Positions 36,201 to 51,200 of a stretch of 64,000 nt of DNA are shown here, piece by piece. The first letter of the stretch is position 1. Each line of letters begins with the position of its first letter. The position numbers and the translations under genes are program-made. Below the pieces are notes generated by a model. That model searched no databases. It saw only the letters and a program-made list of their open reading frames with translations, and was not told the DNA's origin. The stretch is from Enoplolaimus lenunculus (lineage: Eukaryota). The stretch covers positions 310,001-374,000 of the forward strand of contig JASANG010004131.1 in assembly GCA_030248215.1 (NCBI GenBank), written 5' to 3'.

Positions 36201-39200
36201 GTTTTAGTATGTTTGTGTACTGACTGCCTGTGTAATTGTTGCCAGAAAAAAAATTACTTGTTGATAATAACGGATTACACGCCGAATGAGCTTACTTCAC
36301 TATTTTTCAGAACAGTCGTTTAAATACTAAAACCAAATAAATTGATGAAACATTTTTCACTTTATTTATGAGCATGAATTAGTCCAAGAAGTTATTTCTC
36401 CGTCGAGCGATTCTTTTTGTTTTAGCATCACATCGTCAAACCGTATTTGACAAAATTTAAAACCCTTATTGATTATTTGCGAAGTAAAGTTTCCGTTTCA
36501 TACAGTGCTGAAAATAGTAAGTTCAGATTTCGCGTATTGTTCGTATTAGCAATTTTTGGAACATTAATTGCAGTTTTGATTTAAAATATGTACATAATGC
36601 CAATGCGCTAGTGTGCTAGCCTACATGTTGCTTAACGTAATTGCGCTTATTAATTTATGTGTATGCCTCCATCGTTTGCAAATGGAGTCACGGACTTTTT
36701 TAACTGGGCAGTAATTTTACATGCGTCTGAGTTCGTTGTTTTAAAATCTCGTTTGAGTTTTCTTTACTTACGATCAGTCACTTTTAGAGAAACGATTGCA
36801 GTCGCTTTTCAAATTGCGGTTGTAATAGCGTTTACAAGCGACTGCCAAAGCAACAGGTTGCAAAACAGAACTGAATTAAACCAGAATCGAAATTGGAACA
36901 GGTTTTTACTGCAATTGGAACTATAAATTTCAGAGCCTATACTTTTTACATTAGCGCTAAGAACTGATATAAGCGCCAGTTTATTATGAAACTTGTCGAA
37001 CTGCAGGCAAATTTTGCTCATAATTGCAAATAATATAATGCAGTATGTTAAAAACGATTAAAAATTACGATTCGTTTTGTACCTTCTGTCGGAATGTCAA
37101 CCGGAACCGGAACTGGCTTTGGATCAGAATTCTAACCGGAATGGGAATTCTGTTTGCACTCTGCTATGTAGGTAATTGTGGCTGCAGTAGGTGTTATGGT
37201 GGCATTAACAGCCAAAAGTTTTAGTCGCGTTTGCGAGGAGTTGCGTTCAAGGAACGCGCAGTTGCGTTTACTGCAGTTTAGTTAGTGACTAATGTTTGAG
37301 CTTAATGATATCTTGCATGCTGAAATTTAGGCGTGTTTCATTCAAGATATCTGCAATCAACAGTTCAAAGTGTCAGTGTATTTTGTTAGTTTTTTATTGG
37401 TCTGAGAGCGCGGCGCGCCACATGTTTATTGGGGATAAATTTTTGGTGTTTTATAATTAGCGCTTTATGCTTTGCGTTTCTGCTAGGTACGTTATCTATA
37501 TATGGACGCAAAACATTTCGTTTTAGGTACCCTGTCTCGACCTACAATTCATCCGCAACGTTAAAACTCATAATTTTTTGTATTTGCAGGAAGGTGAAGA
37601 AGGGTGAGAGGTCGGCTAGGGGAAGGGTTGGAGTGGGTGGAGCTGAAATTTCGCTGGGGGTCACTCGCTTGGTAGGGAAACGTCAGCATATTCGAACACT
37701 ACTTCTCCGTGCCGATTGTCGTTTGGATTGTCTAATTGATGTCAAAATTTTAATGATGGCACATTGCGTGTACAAATACTACTGTTAATTGTAATTTTAA
37801 CTTACCTTGGTAAAACGCTTGTAATAAATTTTTCTATTACAGGCATGTTGTGTTTCGATCTTTCGTGGTTACATGTTTTATTCCAATCTGGGTTTGTTCA
37901 TTTGAATAATGATATTGCTCATGAAATAATTGACATATACGTGACAATTCGGCCTAAAACTTTACCAGAAGCATCACTTGAACGGAATTTTGAGGTAAGC
38001 GGATTACAGGCTAATTTACATAATATGGTTAAGGTTTTGCTGTTTGTTTTTTCTAGGCTGTTTCTAATATTATTCGCAACAAATATATATGCATGGTTCA
38101 ATTTTTGTTTGCGGATTTTGATTAATTTTATTTCAGTTTGTTCGGTCGTCTGTATTACCAGTGATGCTCAGCGATCGATATTTGTTAAGGTAACCTCCGC
38201 AAACGGACTTTATTATTGCGCTATGTATTTTTTGTCACACATTAAGTTTAATGAAAACATCTCATATTTCTATGCGACAAAGCTGTGGTTTCCCTACTAT
38301 GGGAGCTCTACCACAATTCCAGTTCTCCAGCTCCGACCCTTCTTCCGGTAAATTTTAAGGCACAATAAATTAACTTTTCATCCAACCCCACACTAACTTC
38401 GCTTATCCTCAACTTCGCTCTAGAAGAAGATAGGGCTTGCCACCACAGGCTAGTTGTAGTCTAGTGAAACCCCACAAGATGAAACATTGTATGTATGCAG
38501 TGTGTAAGATTTGTTCCGTATTGCTTAGAAAACGTTGTCATATATCTAAGGGAACGTTTTGAATACGTTAATGACTCGTTGTAAAACTCATCATTTTTAA
38601 GTTAAAGTGTTAATTTGCGCATGAATATTTCTTTTAGAGCGTATTCTTTCTGACCATTATTGATATTCAGTTTTCGACTTATTCTCTAAATTGTTCAATT
38701 AGGCAGTATCCCGACTTTAAGCAGCACAAAAACTGGATCCTACGTGTTTAAGCGAAGCGCTAACCAGTATAGCGAATCCGCGCTACTTTCTTTTTGCACA
38801 ATATTTATGCCAGTGCATTTTAATCAGTTCTAGTCTTTTTGTTCGTTTTATGTTTCATTTTAGCTGTCGCGATAATCATGGTATGAGACAAAAACTTCAT
38901 GAGGTAGTCTCGTTTTGTCAGGAACTGATGAAAGTTCCGAGCACATACGGTACGTTGCTGAGAGTTTTATCTGCAGCTAACTGTGGCCCAGCAGGTAGGC
39001 ACACATTATGTTCTCTGGATGTTGGTAGGAGTAGGTCACCGTACTCAACAATTTTCTCGAATATTGCGATGGTGTTTTTTGCAAACTATTTTCAAACAGA
39101 AAAAAATTGATTAGGTTTTTGTTTGCACTTTGTGTAGTTTCTTAAATAAAGATTAACCACAAAATGTTTATGAGTCATGAATTACGTACTTTGTTTTAAA

Positions 39201-42200
39201 ACATTTACAGTCACAGACAGAACTAAGGTTCGTCGCGATCGCATTACAAACCACGGCTCTGATCGCGACCGCTCGTTGCTTGAACTCTGTCGCTCGCAAA
39301 CGTGAATTGAATTGCTCGGATTTGCTGCGGCGTTAATTGCGACGGTGTTTGAGACGCAACTGATTCGCTGTCATAAGCCGCGACCAGTTGCGTGTGAAAT
39401 GAATTCAAATACGATTAAAAACCGCGATTACAGACGCAATTTCTCGAGGAATCAGCGCACTTAACTCTGTCTGTTCTTATCTCTGTTGCTTCTTTCACAG
39501 CAGCAAGTTGTTCTTCACTCTAGACCTTACTGTTAGTGCTATGTGCGAAATGCAATGTAAAAGTGGTGCCGCGTGTGTGTTGCAAGCTGAAATACTGTTC
39601 CGAATGGAGTTTGAACGATGTATGTCGGCGCAACAACTTATAAGTGTCAGGTCAGATGCTATTTAAAGGTGATCTTAAGTAGGGTGGTGCTGTCATACTT
39701 GTTGTGCGGTGGTGTCGTGATGGTCGGTGACGGATGGTGTGGCATGAGATTACTGCCGCCCGAGAACCTTCACCTCGCAGATTTTTTGGTGAATGGTAGA
39801 AAATTCGAATACTAGCGAAGAGGGTAACCAACAAGCCAAATTTACTGGAATCGGCACCGGGTGCAGCATATAATATTAACTCCCTTGACAATTAACTCTC
39901 CAGTTTATATTATATAATATTGTAATATTGCCGAGAGAGTTTATTATCAAGGGATAGTAATACTGACATTTTGACAGAAAAATTCCGGATCCGACATTTG
40001 CATAAATGCCGGATAAAGTATCCGGACTAAAATGATTTATTACCAATGTACTTATCCAAGCTGTCGCTTTCCAAATTAAGTATTGGAAGTAAACATAAAA
40101 TTGGATTGATTATTGCTCGTTTAGCTCGCGAGGTCTTTTCAGCTAATTCGTACACGGAGATATTTTGTTCGAATCGGTTGACATCACTTATTATACGTAT
40201 ATGTGTTTCAATATATTTTATACGAACGATATTTGGGCTGCCAGTAATGTTTCGACCACTCCGAGGTGCTTCTCGGTTGCGTAAAGGTACAAAACGATAA
40301 GCTACATATAATTTTTGTGGTGTCATCCTTCGGAACCCCACGTGGGTGGATCTAGATGTATTCTACTATCGGAGCTGCGCCAAGTTTCTCGCTCACGAGT
40401 TCTGCATCCTTCATTGTTTTTCTCTGAGCCTTGTGCTAGCTTTTGAATAATTTACTGGTACATACATGTCAGAACTTATTTTGCTCGTTACGCGCACTCG
40501 CAAAAGCGTTACAGGACTCTTGTTGTTCACGTATCAAGCGTTTGCAATCCGTGGCTGCGAAAAGTTGCGCTTCATTGTATTTTGCAAGCAGTGTTGAAGT
40601 CAATTCTGCTGAACCGTGTTAATAGCTGCAAAGATTGTAGTCGGCAGGAACTGCTACAGTCGTTTGTTAACCTACTGCAAGAGCTTCCGTCGGATGTGTT
40701 TTTGACGCGGCATATTAACGATATTGCTGAAGCGTATATCGCCCTAAAACAAGCAGGTGAGGTGTGAGAAAAAATTTTGCCCTGAAAAATATACCTGGTG
40801 TACGCGTGATATTGTCGAAGTCGCATAATGACGGTAGTTAGTGACGGAAGGCAAAATAAGTACAGGGAAAGTTTTTGTTACACAATTCGCAAGTGCGTTA
40901 TATTCTGCTGCTATATCCGTGGTGTCTTCAAGTTTGATCACTTGTTTACTTCCCCTACACTAATGTTAATTTAATAAAAGGCGAAAATCCCCCACAGTGT
41001 TTTCATTATTACATTATCACGTTCTTGGGTTCAAGCTAAAGTTTAGGCTCAGGCTTAGGCATAAGCTTGGGCTTCTTCGCAGGCTTTGGTTTACGGTCAG
41101 GTTTGTTATGTGTTGGGGACGTAAACAAGTGACACAGTTTGCAAACAGCAGCCTCAACTTTAATTTATTTTAATGTAGTATGTTATTAATAATTATTATT
41201 AAGAAGATGAGCACTTAAATTTAGTCAACATTTTAGCGCTTTGCTTACTAGCGTTGTGTTATTTATCGCTCTCTGTTTGTGCGTCGTTTATATTTGAAAC
41301 AGACCGGACAAGAAGATATAGGGAAATGTGACATACATAAGAGTCTAAAGATGCTTCATAGATGCATAACAGGGTGCGAACGGAATTCTAATTCCGATTG
41401 AAATTCCGATCATAATTGAGTTTCGATTTTACTGCCGATTGCAGGTATAATCGGAATCGATATTGAAATTTTACATTTCGTCTGCAGTATTATTTTTTCG
41501 CCATGCTTCTTTCTTAATTAGTGATTCTGCTATTTTTAACCGTGGATAACATGTTTACGTAAAATCTGTAAAGCAAAAACTGCACTGAACACTCTGAAAC
41601 AGTTATTTTGCAACGATGGACACAAATAAAAAAAATCACAAGGATCGCCAAGTCAGAAAAACTATTGGCATATCTCTAGTTCCAATTCTAATTCCGGTTT
41701 AATATTTCGAAGCCGATAGGATTCAGTTCCGTTTTGCACCATGATACTCTGGTATTACAGGACGGAATGTTTTTGGAGTAACGTCTTAATGTATCTAGTG
41801 CTGTTGCAGGCGAAATTTGTTGAAACGTACGATGTAGATATAACTCCGGTTTGATTACAGAATTAGTCGCTTAGTGTGCAACTTTCGAACTTTGTATTTG
41901 CGTAATATTAGCATGTGTGTATTACAAGTGTTAACATTTCGTTTCAGGTACCAGCGGATTGCAGGAAACGTTGCCTACTGAAAAACAGTCATCTTACTCT
42001 TCTGAATTATGGCTGAAAATTTGCGCCAGCATTTTATTAGACGAGAACATTATATCGGATGTCAACAACTGGATAAACACCGTAGATGTGCAGTCAGAAA
42101 CCACAATATCCGCTGCTGCGAAGTGCATTGATCTTATCAAGAATGTTAAGTTCAGGGATGGGAGTTTCAGTTAAATTGTTGAGGCCGACAGGGCGACAGA

Positions 42201-45200
42201 GGCTGAGACAACGTGACTCCTAATAATTTTCTAGATTTGAGACAGAGTCTCCCATCGTCAAAGCTATATATGCATGAATTCTGTTTTTACTGCTGAGCTT
42301 TTTAGTTATTTCACTGACAGACTCAAATTTAAGTAACGTTTTTTAAAAAAATTTTCTATGTGTTCAGCTGTCTTTAATCTTAACTGTGCTTTTTGTGAGC
42401 CCATTCGCTAATCAAATGCTGAAAACGTACTGCAGTCGCAATTTCAATGTGTGTGCTTATGTGCGTTATGATTGCAAATACTAGGTTTAACCCTTTGCAT
42501 TGGATAGATGGGATAAATTTATTGTATGTGAAGTTAAGAAAACGATAACTTGTGTATGTTGGTGATGATAAGATGGCACTGGCGTTTCAGTGTAAAAACG
42601 TGAATAGTAGGCATTGGCTGAGTTCCTGAAATCTTAATCTTATACATCCTCAATAACATGCGTACAGGGCGTGGAAAACGAAAAATTCATTTACGGACGG
42701 TACATTTTGATTAAAATTAATTCCACAAGTGACTTCAATTTTATTTATCTCATGTAATGAATGCGATCCGAAAATTTAAAATCAATACCACATCACTATA
42801 TTAAACTATGTTTGACTTTTTTACTGTTGTATACTTAATTTTACTCAATTCTCAACTCAATTCCATACGTGGCATTTATAAATTTCTACTTTTCTGTACT
42901 GTTTAAAATTGCTAAATTTAAATAAAGTCAATTCCACAACACCCTAAAATAAAAGTGGTTAATTTTGTGGAGTGGAAAAAAGGTCAATTCGAGGATGTGT
43001 CAATAATTTACAAAATCAATTCCTGATGTCGCGACGTTTTAATTAATGCGTAGTATAGAATTGCATTTTTGATTTGACATTTAATTTTGTGAAGGAACAA
43101 AGTGTACGGTCAGATAAATTATGGCCGTGTACGGAATTGAAAACATTATCCGGTGTGCAATTTTGTACCTTAAGACATTATCGAATATACTTATTGGCAC
43201 AGTAATAGAATAGAACCTGAACATATGCTATGCTGTAATTTAATCATTTACAGTATCCAAATATTAATTGGTCGTATTAATACATTGTCTATCCGGGTTA
43301 AGGTAGATTGGAAGCCAATCAGCGATGACGTTGGTGGGTGGTGTATCGATGCAGGTGGTTTACATTACATTGCTGTCAGATGTACATATTTTGTCGGGTG
43401 GACAGGACAAAATTTTCTGTAGTTATACTTAAGTAATTACGTAAGTCGCCGACTTAAGAAGTAAATACTTAGCTTTTTGGATAAAACATAAACGCCAAAT
43501 GTGAGCCATTGGTTGGGTATCCGAAATCTTACTTAAGTATTTACTTAAGTTACGCTTACGTAATTGCATACTCGAGTAGCCGACGTAAGTAAATACTTAG
43601 CTTTTTGAACAAAAACAAATAAATGCCAAAATTAAACCAGTGTGATAACCAGGAAGCATTAATTTTGCTAAACTGATAGTCTGTAACATCATAATTGGTC
43701 AGTGACTTAAGTACTTAACTTAAGCACACTTTTAAAAACGACAATGTGGTTAAGGAATTACTTAGCACGTACTTAGGTATTAAATCTCATTAAGTATGGT
43801 TTCAGAAACCCTGCTATTAACTTGTGCGAAGGTGTGTTTGCAATGTGCGCTTTTAAGCGTATAAATTAAAAATCCATGCGTAACAACAGACGAAAAACTG
43901 TTGTTCTGTTGGATGGTGGCATGTTTGTTTAGGGACAGGAATTTCTGTTATATATTATTTTTGAAGCAAGTTTTCGAGATTTACACAGGTTGTTTTAGCT
44001 GCCAAGGGTTCAGCACTTGAAAAACTAACGTGGATGCGTAAAATGTTTGATGGTATGCTAGCAGCACGTACATTGAAAACGAACATTTCTGGCTTTGTAA
44101 GTAACAGGTTGGATCGCTGAAATCCTACTGATATGTTTAATTAAATTTTGTGAAGTATGTACTTACTACTTCACCGACTTAAGTGAATACTTAATTTTTT
44201 GGACAAAAACATGGAAGCGTCAGTGTTGTGTCAGTTCCACCAAAAGGAACGGATAGTTTTATTCTATGTCTAGCAGGTACCTATAATCTACAGTCTTAAT
44301 TAGGTAGTGGAGTTTGCAACAGGTTAAATACGATCAGCGAAAACGAAAAATTAGCTAAATACTTGTTTAGCGTACGCTTACTACAAAGTATAAGGTTTAG
44401 GTTAGTCGGGTTTCAAAAACAAAAGTGCAAAGATTAATGCAAAAGCATGTTTCGTTTTCGGGACTTGAAAAATGTCCACCTAGAAGTTTGTTACTGTGGT
44501 ATTATTTGTCGTTAAAATTGAGTTTGTGCTTACGTATGATCGAAACAGTTTGTCGTATGATGTCGGGATAATGGTTTTATCAAGCTATCAAGATTATATA
44601 TTTAATGAATTAGGATGATGCTGATGATCAGGATAGGTCGGTGGAAAAATATTGCTCGATCATCAATATCGCAACATTGGACTCCGTGCACAGCTGCGTA
44701 CATACGTTTCTTATCGCAGTTAAACAGGTTAGTATGTTGTTGTTGTTGTTGTCGTGGCCGTCAGTGTCGTCCAGCAGAGCGGTTATAGATCAAGAAGTTG
44801 AGCGACCTCGACCGGTTTTCGCCATAGGTCCTCAGGTATCAGCGTTGTGGGTTTTGCATTGCAGTTGAAGAGATGTATGGTGTTGTGTGGTGTAGACCCG
44901 CAGTTCGGACATTTGTCTGGGATTGTTGCATCAATCCTGTGCCGGTAGCTGTGCAGCAGGAAGGAGTATCCCGATCGTAATTGTGTTATCCTTGAACGCT
45001 TGGCTCGGTCCAGTTTCATTTCTGAGACGTCGATTGGAGGTGGTGGGTACCCTCCCAGTACCACCTGATTGCGGTATTATTGCAACATCTTTGCAGGAAT
45101 ATATTGTATATTATAAAGAGAAACTTTTTTATATTCTAGAGACAGCTCAAAACTTCACGAAGTATTCACATTCTGGCCACTGCTTTACGACGTCTTCAGC

Positions 45201-48200
45201 TGTCATCAGATGTGACCCATTCTTATTGTATAGAATGGGAAGACTGGAAGTATATGCTGAGCGTAGTATCACGCAAAAGGTGCGTTATTATATTGTTGAA
45301 TTTATTTTTAGTTTGTCATCCAATGGATTCTAGGATCAGGTCTAACTGGAAACACGACGTAAAGTGGCCTTTCTTTCATTCGCCTAATATGCCGTCTCCC
45401 ACTACGTTTTTTGGTTACTAAAGTTGTTCGGAAGTATTTTATACAATGAACTCTAATGCACTTATATGCAACCTTTTGACCATCATGCTTCTGCATTGAA
45501 TTTAGAAACCACACTGTGTAGATAGAATTAAGCGAAATCGCGGTTGCGTTCCAAACCTCTATTCTGGTCGCGATTGTTCTTATGTTACGTGATTACAAGC
45601 ACACTTTGAAACGCGACTGCAATCGCGTTTCTATTCGTGACTGGTCGCGACTATAGAACAATTCAAACGCGATGTATCGACAATAGGCGCCGTTTACTGC
45701 ACGCTTAAATCTGTGTGACCAAACGACGTTGTTATTCGCATAACAGAGTTGCTCAAATTCTGCCAAAATTTAGTTTGAAAATTTCAAAATATGTTTTGTT
45801 TTATAGCGTTTTGCCGGCCCAATACTTATTTGAGTGGGGTCGTTTTAATAGGTTGGCCTGGAGTTCAACCAAGCAGAATTTCCCGACTATGGCACTTGGA
45901 AAGTAGCCTTTCTCGATACACCAGGCGGCAAACATGGCTATTTTGCGCGATATTATAGTGATTTTTGTGTTAAGTGCTGCAAACAGTGGGACCAAACAGA
46001 TTTTTGGATTGGGTTGGACCTAAGTCGGGGAGGCAACTCTACACGCGTACTGGGTAAATGTCAGCTGCGCGCGTAGTTTTTGGTCTCAGTTCGAGCTGGG
46101 AGCGGCTCTTATGTTATAGCGCTAAAGCACAGTACAAAAATTCTTCGCAACATATTGAGAGCATCCTCTTGAAAATATGATTTTTTATGACCTTGTTGTA
46201 TACATACTTAATTTGCAGCAATTTGGGGTATGTACAGTCATGGACAGAATTAAGCGTACAGCAATCGCGACGGAGTCCACGGTTACGAATTTTTAACCGA
46301 TATTGAATTTCTTGCTTGGGAGAGTTACGTTTAGTCTAGAGTTGGGTGCTTCCGGATATTCATTTACCGGATACCAGAACCGGATACGGATATTAAATTT
46401 TTTACCGGAAACAGGAACCGGATACCGGATATTGTATATATTGAAATAATTTATTTTTCGCTGTATTTTTAGCGTGCTCAAGGTTTTCGTCTGTAATAAA
46501 CTTTCTAATAGCTGCTGATATACTGAATTAATACAAAAATGCGTTTAACTCTCGCCCGCTTAAGTTAAAAATAACTGAAACGTATCGAAACCTGAACTTC
46601 TTGATTTGCCCAGAAATGTGATCGCAGCCAGATATTAAATACGCTTACTTGTAAAAAGCATTTTATGATACTCGGCACCACGACTGTAAATATCCGGTAT
46701 CCGGTAGGTTTATACCGGATACCGGTACCGGATACGGATATCAGTTTTTGCCGGATAATAAACCGGATCCGGATTTCCGGTCGCACCCTTAGAGACATGA
46801 CACCATTCCCGTTTCAAATCGCGGTGCGTTTATTAGCGGTTGAAGACCTAATGCTAGCGGCTGAAGTCGCGATTATGGTTTCAGTGATTGCGTTTAAGAA
46901 ACAAGCAGTTTCGGTCGAGAACTGCGGTTTGGAACGCTTTTGCGATTACACTTAATTTTTAACGTAACCGTATGTTGCATAATGACAGTTTTCAGGGCAC
47001 AACTTGACACCAATCGACATTACCAAGATTTGTGTATTATAATGAGTCATGCGGTAACAAATAGATCATTCTGCACTGCTGTTGACAATCATGCATTGTC
47101 CGATATTGTTGAGCTGTTCTGCAATGCAGTTTCTACGGTCACAGGACGTGATATATTGCTGATATTCGAATGTTTGCAACTCGTTTTATCGTCAGATGTA
47201 AGAAAAAATTTACTGATAAGCTTTAAGTTGAAGTATTAACTTATATTTGCGAAGTAGAGTTTTCAATTGATTTGTTTTCGGTGTTTGGTTGAATAAAAAA
47301 ATCCAGCTTGGTGTTCGTGATCCTGTTACGGCAAAATTTACTTCGTGTTTCTAGTTTTAGCATGGTTAGAGAAGACAAATCATGAACTCAGTTAGTTCGA
47401 AAGCCCTTGTGAAGTCAGAATAGTAACAAAATACTATGAAGTACTACTAAATTAGCGTGATTATGGTTTACTTATCATTGAAGTATGCACTCCGTATCCG
47501 GGCCGGTATCCGACTGTGGCTCCGGCTAAATATTTTAATATTCGGTTGTGGCTCCGGTATTTTTTGTTATCCTACCTGCACACTGAAAGTTATTTATGTT
47601 GGGTAATTTACTTGCATGAGCTGTGAGTTATACTGCTGCTCAAGTTGCCATTGTTTATCATCACCATAATATGCGTAGAATTCGAATAAAGAACTCTAAT
47701 CTTGTTTTGATTGTTATTCGGTTCTGTTCCAGTTAATTTAAACCCTGTAATTTGGTGTCAGAATCTGTGAAATACATAGCATAAAGATTTAAATAACAGG
47801 ATGATATTCGATAAAGTGGTATATTCTTAAGCGTAGTTGTTTGGTTAGCGTCGAAACGAGTTTTACCTATGTATTTATTCTTACCTCAGCTTATATTGGA
47901 CAAACTGCCTGAGGAAACATTCACAGAGCTTCTGGATATGAGCATTACATGTTGCAACGATAATCGAAATTCTGAATTGTATCAGCTGACTTTACAAAGT
48001 ATTGCGACAACTTTCGTTACAATGAAAATAGCTTTTCGATTTGGTAAATGTATCAGAGAAGTAAGAAAAATGTGTAATATACATGTGCGTTTTAGAATCG
48101 CTTTTTGCTTGCGCAACATTACTCTTTAATGTTGTATTCGGGTTCGGCCATCTAATCAAGTTATTCCGGGCGTTTGTGGCCCTAAATTTGAAGTGCAGCA

Positions 48201-51200
48201 CTTTACTTAAAAATTTCGAGTCTGTGGTATCTTTTGTTTTATTAAAAATCTGATTCTCCTCGAGTAACATATTTTCAAAAATGCTGAATCTGGTTGCAGT
48301 AAACAACAAAATTAAGTGCGCAGTAGTCGCGATTGCATCAGCCGCGTTTCAAATCGTGGCTGACACCGCGTTTGCAAACGATGCAAAATTTAGATAAGGC
48401 AATAGCAGCTCCGGTCTTGGTTATGATCACAGTAAGCGCGAGCGGCTTAAATTGCGTTCGCAAGCGATTGCTTTCGAGAAACAAGCAATCGCGGTCCAAT
48501 GTGTACTTGGCACAGATTGGCGATGTTATAATGCTATGATTTGGTGCATGCTCGTTTTTGCTTCTATATATTTATCGTTTGCAGCTGAGTGCTTATTAAT
48601 ATAAAGAAGCAAAAAACGAGCATGCAGCAAATCATTGAAGTGCTGATTAATATATTATTTTTCATCAGATAATCTTTCGTAATGTTAATTTCAGCTGATC
48701 AAACGATTATTTGATGAAGAAAGTGGAAACGCCGGCATATTTTCCTACGTCGCAGCTCAGTTTGTCAAGTTTGATAGTATTGTTTACCTGGTATCAGAGT
48801 TTTACGAATGTTTATGTGATATGGCAGTGTTTTCACGAGTAGCATCGAAGTCAGATATTGTGTAAGTTCCACCCGCACCAAGGTATTTTGTCTTTGAAAG
48901 ATTTCCGTTAGGCCAATTCACGTTGACAGTAAAGTGCCAAGTCGCGTATCGGTTGTGCTTTGAGCGGTGCCCTGGGCGTGAGAAAAGCTCGGACCGGCTT
49001 TTGGACGATATGCTCAAATGCAATAATCAGCATAAGTAATGCTACTTAGCGTGTAGCTAAGTAATTTTTAAGTTTTCCGGTTATTAAACACTGTATTCAA
49101 TTTTATCGTGCCCGAAAACCGTAAAGCAACCCGATCATAAAGGCTTATAAAAATAGTAATTCCCTGGCATAGTAACAAAAACTACTTACGAACATATAGG
49201 CAAAGTACCTGTATTGCACTGACTACAATGCATATTGTCAGCACAGTGTTAGCTTGATGATTTCGACCGCTTAACTAATTAAGGAACGTCGGAATGTAGA
49301 GTGTAGATTTTTAAGCGATAGTGTATGCAGTACAGTCATGGAAAGATCTATGTAAGTTTGCAGTAATCGCAATGTCTGTCGTCCTGGTTTTATAATATTG
49401 TCTGAATTTCATTTGATCGCGACCATTCGCGTCGAGTAGCAATAGTTGTAGTCGTTTCTCAAACCGCGGCTGAAATAGCATTTGCGAGCGATTGCGTCCA
49501 AAAACCAGCGATCGCAATCAGAACCCGTGGCTTGTAACACGATCGGGATAGCACTTAATTCTGTCCGTGACAATGTGATGATACCAAATAAAATATCTTC
49601 TAGCATTGCAAATATTGCAACAACTGTGACTAGGAGCTGTTATTTTCTAGTTCTAGTAAACTGTGTACAGTGTATTTACAGACAACGTGTCGTTTTCGAC
49701 TCCGTAAATAATGATACTGACGACGACGAAATAGTGTGTACAGAAATGTTTGATGGTGAAATAATTGTGAAACATGCTGCGCAAGGGTATGTGGTCAGCG
49801 TTTGTTTGTTTGTTTGTTTGTTTGTTTGTTTGTTTGTTTATTTACTGTATGCAGTTAGCTTATGGCGCAACTAGTATATTCATGATCATACTCAAAATTT
49901 TTAGAGCAAAGCCCCGTTACATGTGCCATTTTTGCATTTCTCAGCTGCAATGCTTTGCAATGTCAGTTTGCGTTTACATTTTTATTATTAAAGTTTTAAA
50001 TAATTTCAAACCGACTGCAGGCCAAACGCAGGTTTTTATATTGTTTGTTGTATTTTAGTTGCTTACTTACATGAGTAAATATAAAATATTAAACAAAAAC
50101 GAGAGCACATAATGTTGCAATATAAATTCGAGTAGCAAAATTGTTCTCACAATAAATATTGTATTAATGTCACAAGAAGTTTATTCGAATATGAATGAAA
50201 TGATAGCTACTGCAAGCAGGATTTGCTCACATAACAGATGTTTAGAAAAAAAACGCCACATGTCCAGTTTTCGACAGAATAAAGCGCTCAACTGTCGCGG
50301 TTAGTCGCGTTTCATATCGCGATTGTAACCGCGTTTATAAATGATGAAAATGTTGGTTCTATACAAGCTCGGCTGCGGGTGCGGTTATGATCGCATTAAC
50401 CGCGAGTTATTGGAATCTAGCGATTACATCTAAGAAACGAGGAATTGCGATCAGCACCGCTTTTTCGAATGCGATCGCAATTGCAGTTAATTCAGTCCAT
50501 GACTGCATCTGTGTTTAGTTTATGGCTGCTTTCGTTTGCTTTTTAGAGGCTGGAACACAGTTGAAAATATTGCATGGTCTAAATTGATGGCATTTGATTT
50601 ATTGTTCGATTACTTTGAACTTGTAAAGGAACCAGAATCGTGCGAAACTGCCGAGAAAATTGTCGTTTATTTGGATCAAAAATATGAAAGTTTGAACATG
50701 AGCAGCCAAGGGCAAGTGTGTTGTTTTAATATTAGCAAGCAAACAAGAGTGGATCATGCATACATTTACAAGAGCATGCAACCGGGTGCACTTTGTGTGG
50801 GAAAATGTGCCCGGCAATTGTTGCGTTTTCCCCTTATCCTCTCATTTATTTGAAGTTGAAACTCGATAAAATCTCTAACAATGCATGGTAAAATGATGAC
50901 TCACGTTTTATATGTATTTTGTGTCTAGCGTGCTGCGACCGGATACGCGGTCCCCAGAAAAATTGACTTAATTATCCGGTTCCGGAATCCTGTATAAACC
51001 TGTCGCATATTTACTGTACTAATCCCGAATATCTTAAACTCTGTGTTGCGATTGCATTTTAAGGAGAGTCAAGAAGGTTAAGTTTTTCACACTGAATCAA
51101 AATGAAAAACCCAATCTAACATTTTTTTTAATTTGACGAACATACATTTTGCGGGGCACAAATACTTCAAACAGCCGCACAAATTTAGATATCAGATCCG

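Noticed and set aside
45097..45279. Longer TARBP1 exon in the EYIVYYKEK frame
   Set aside because: It ends in phase 0, which is incompatible with the phase-2 acceptor at 46996. The 45200-45279 version fits. This region remains uncertain.
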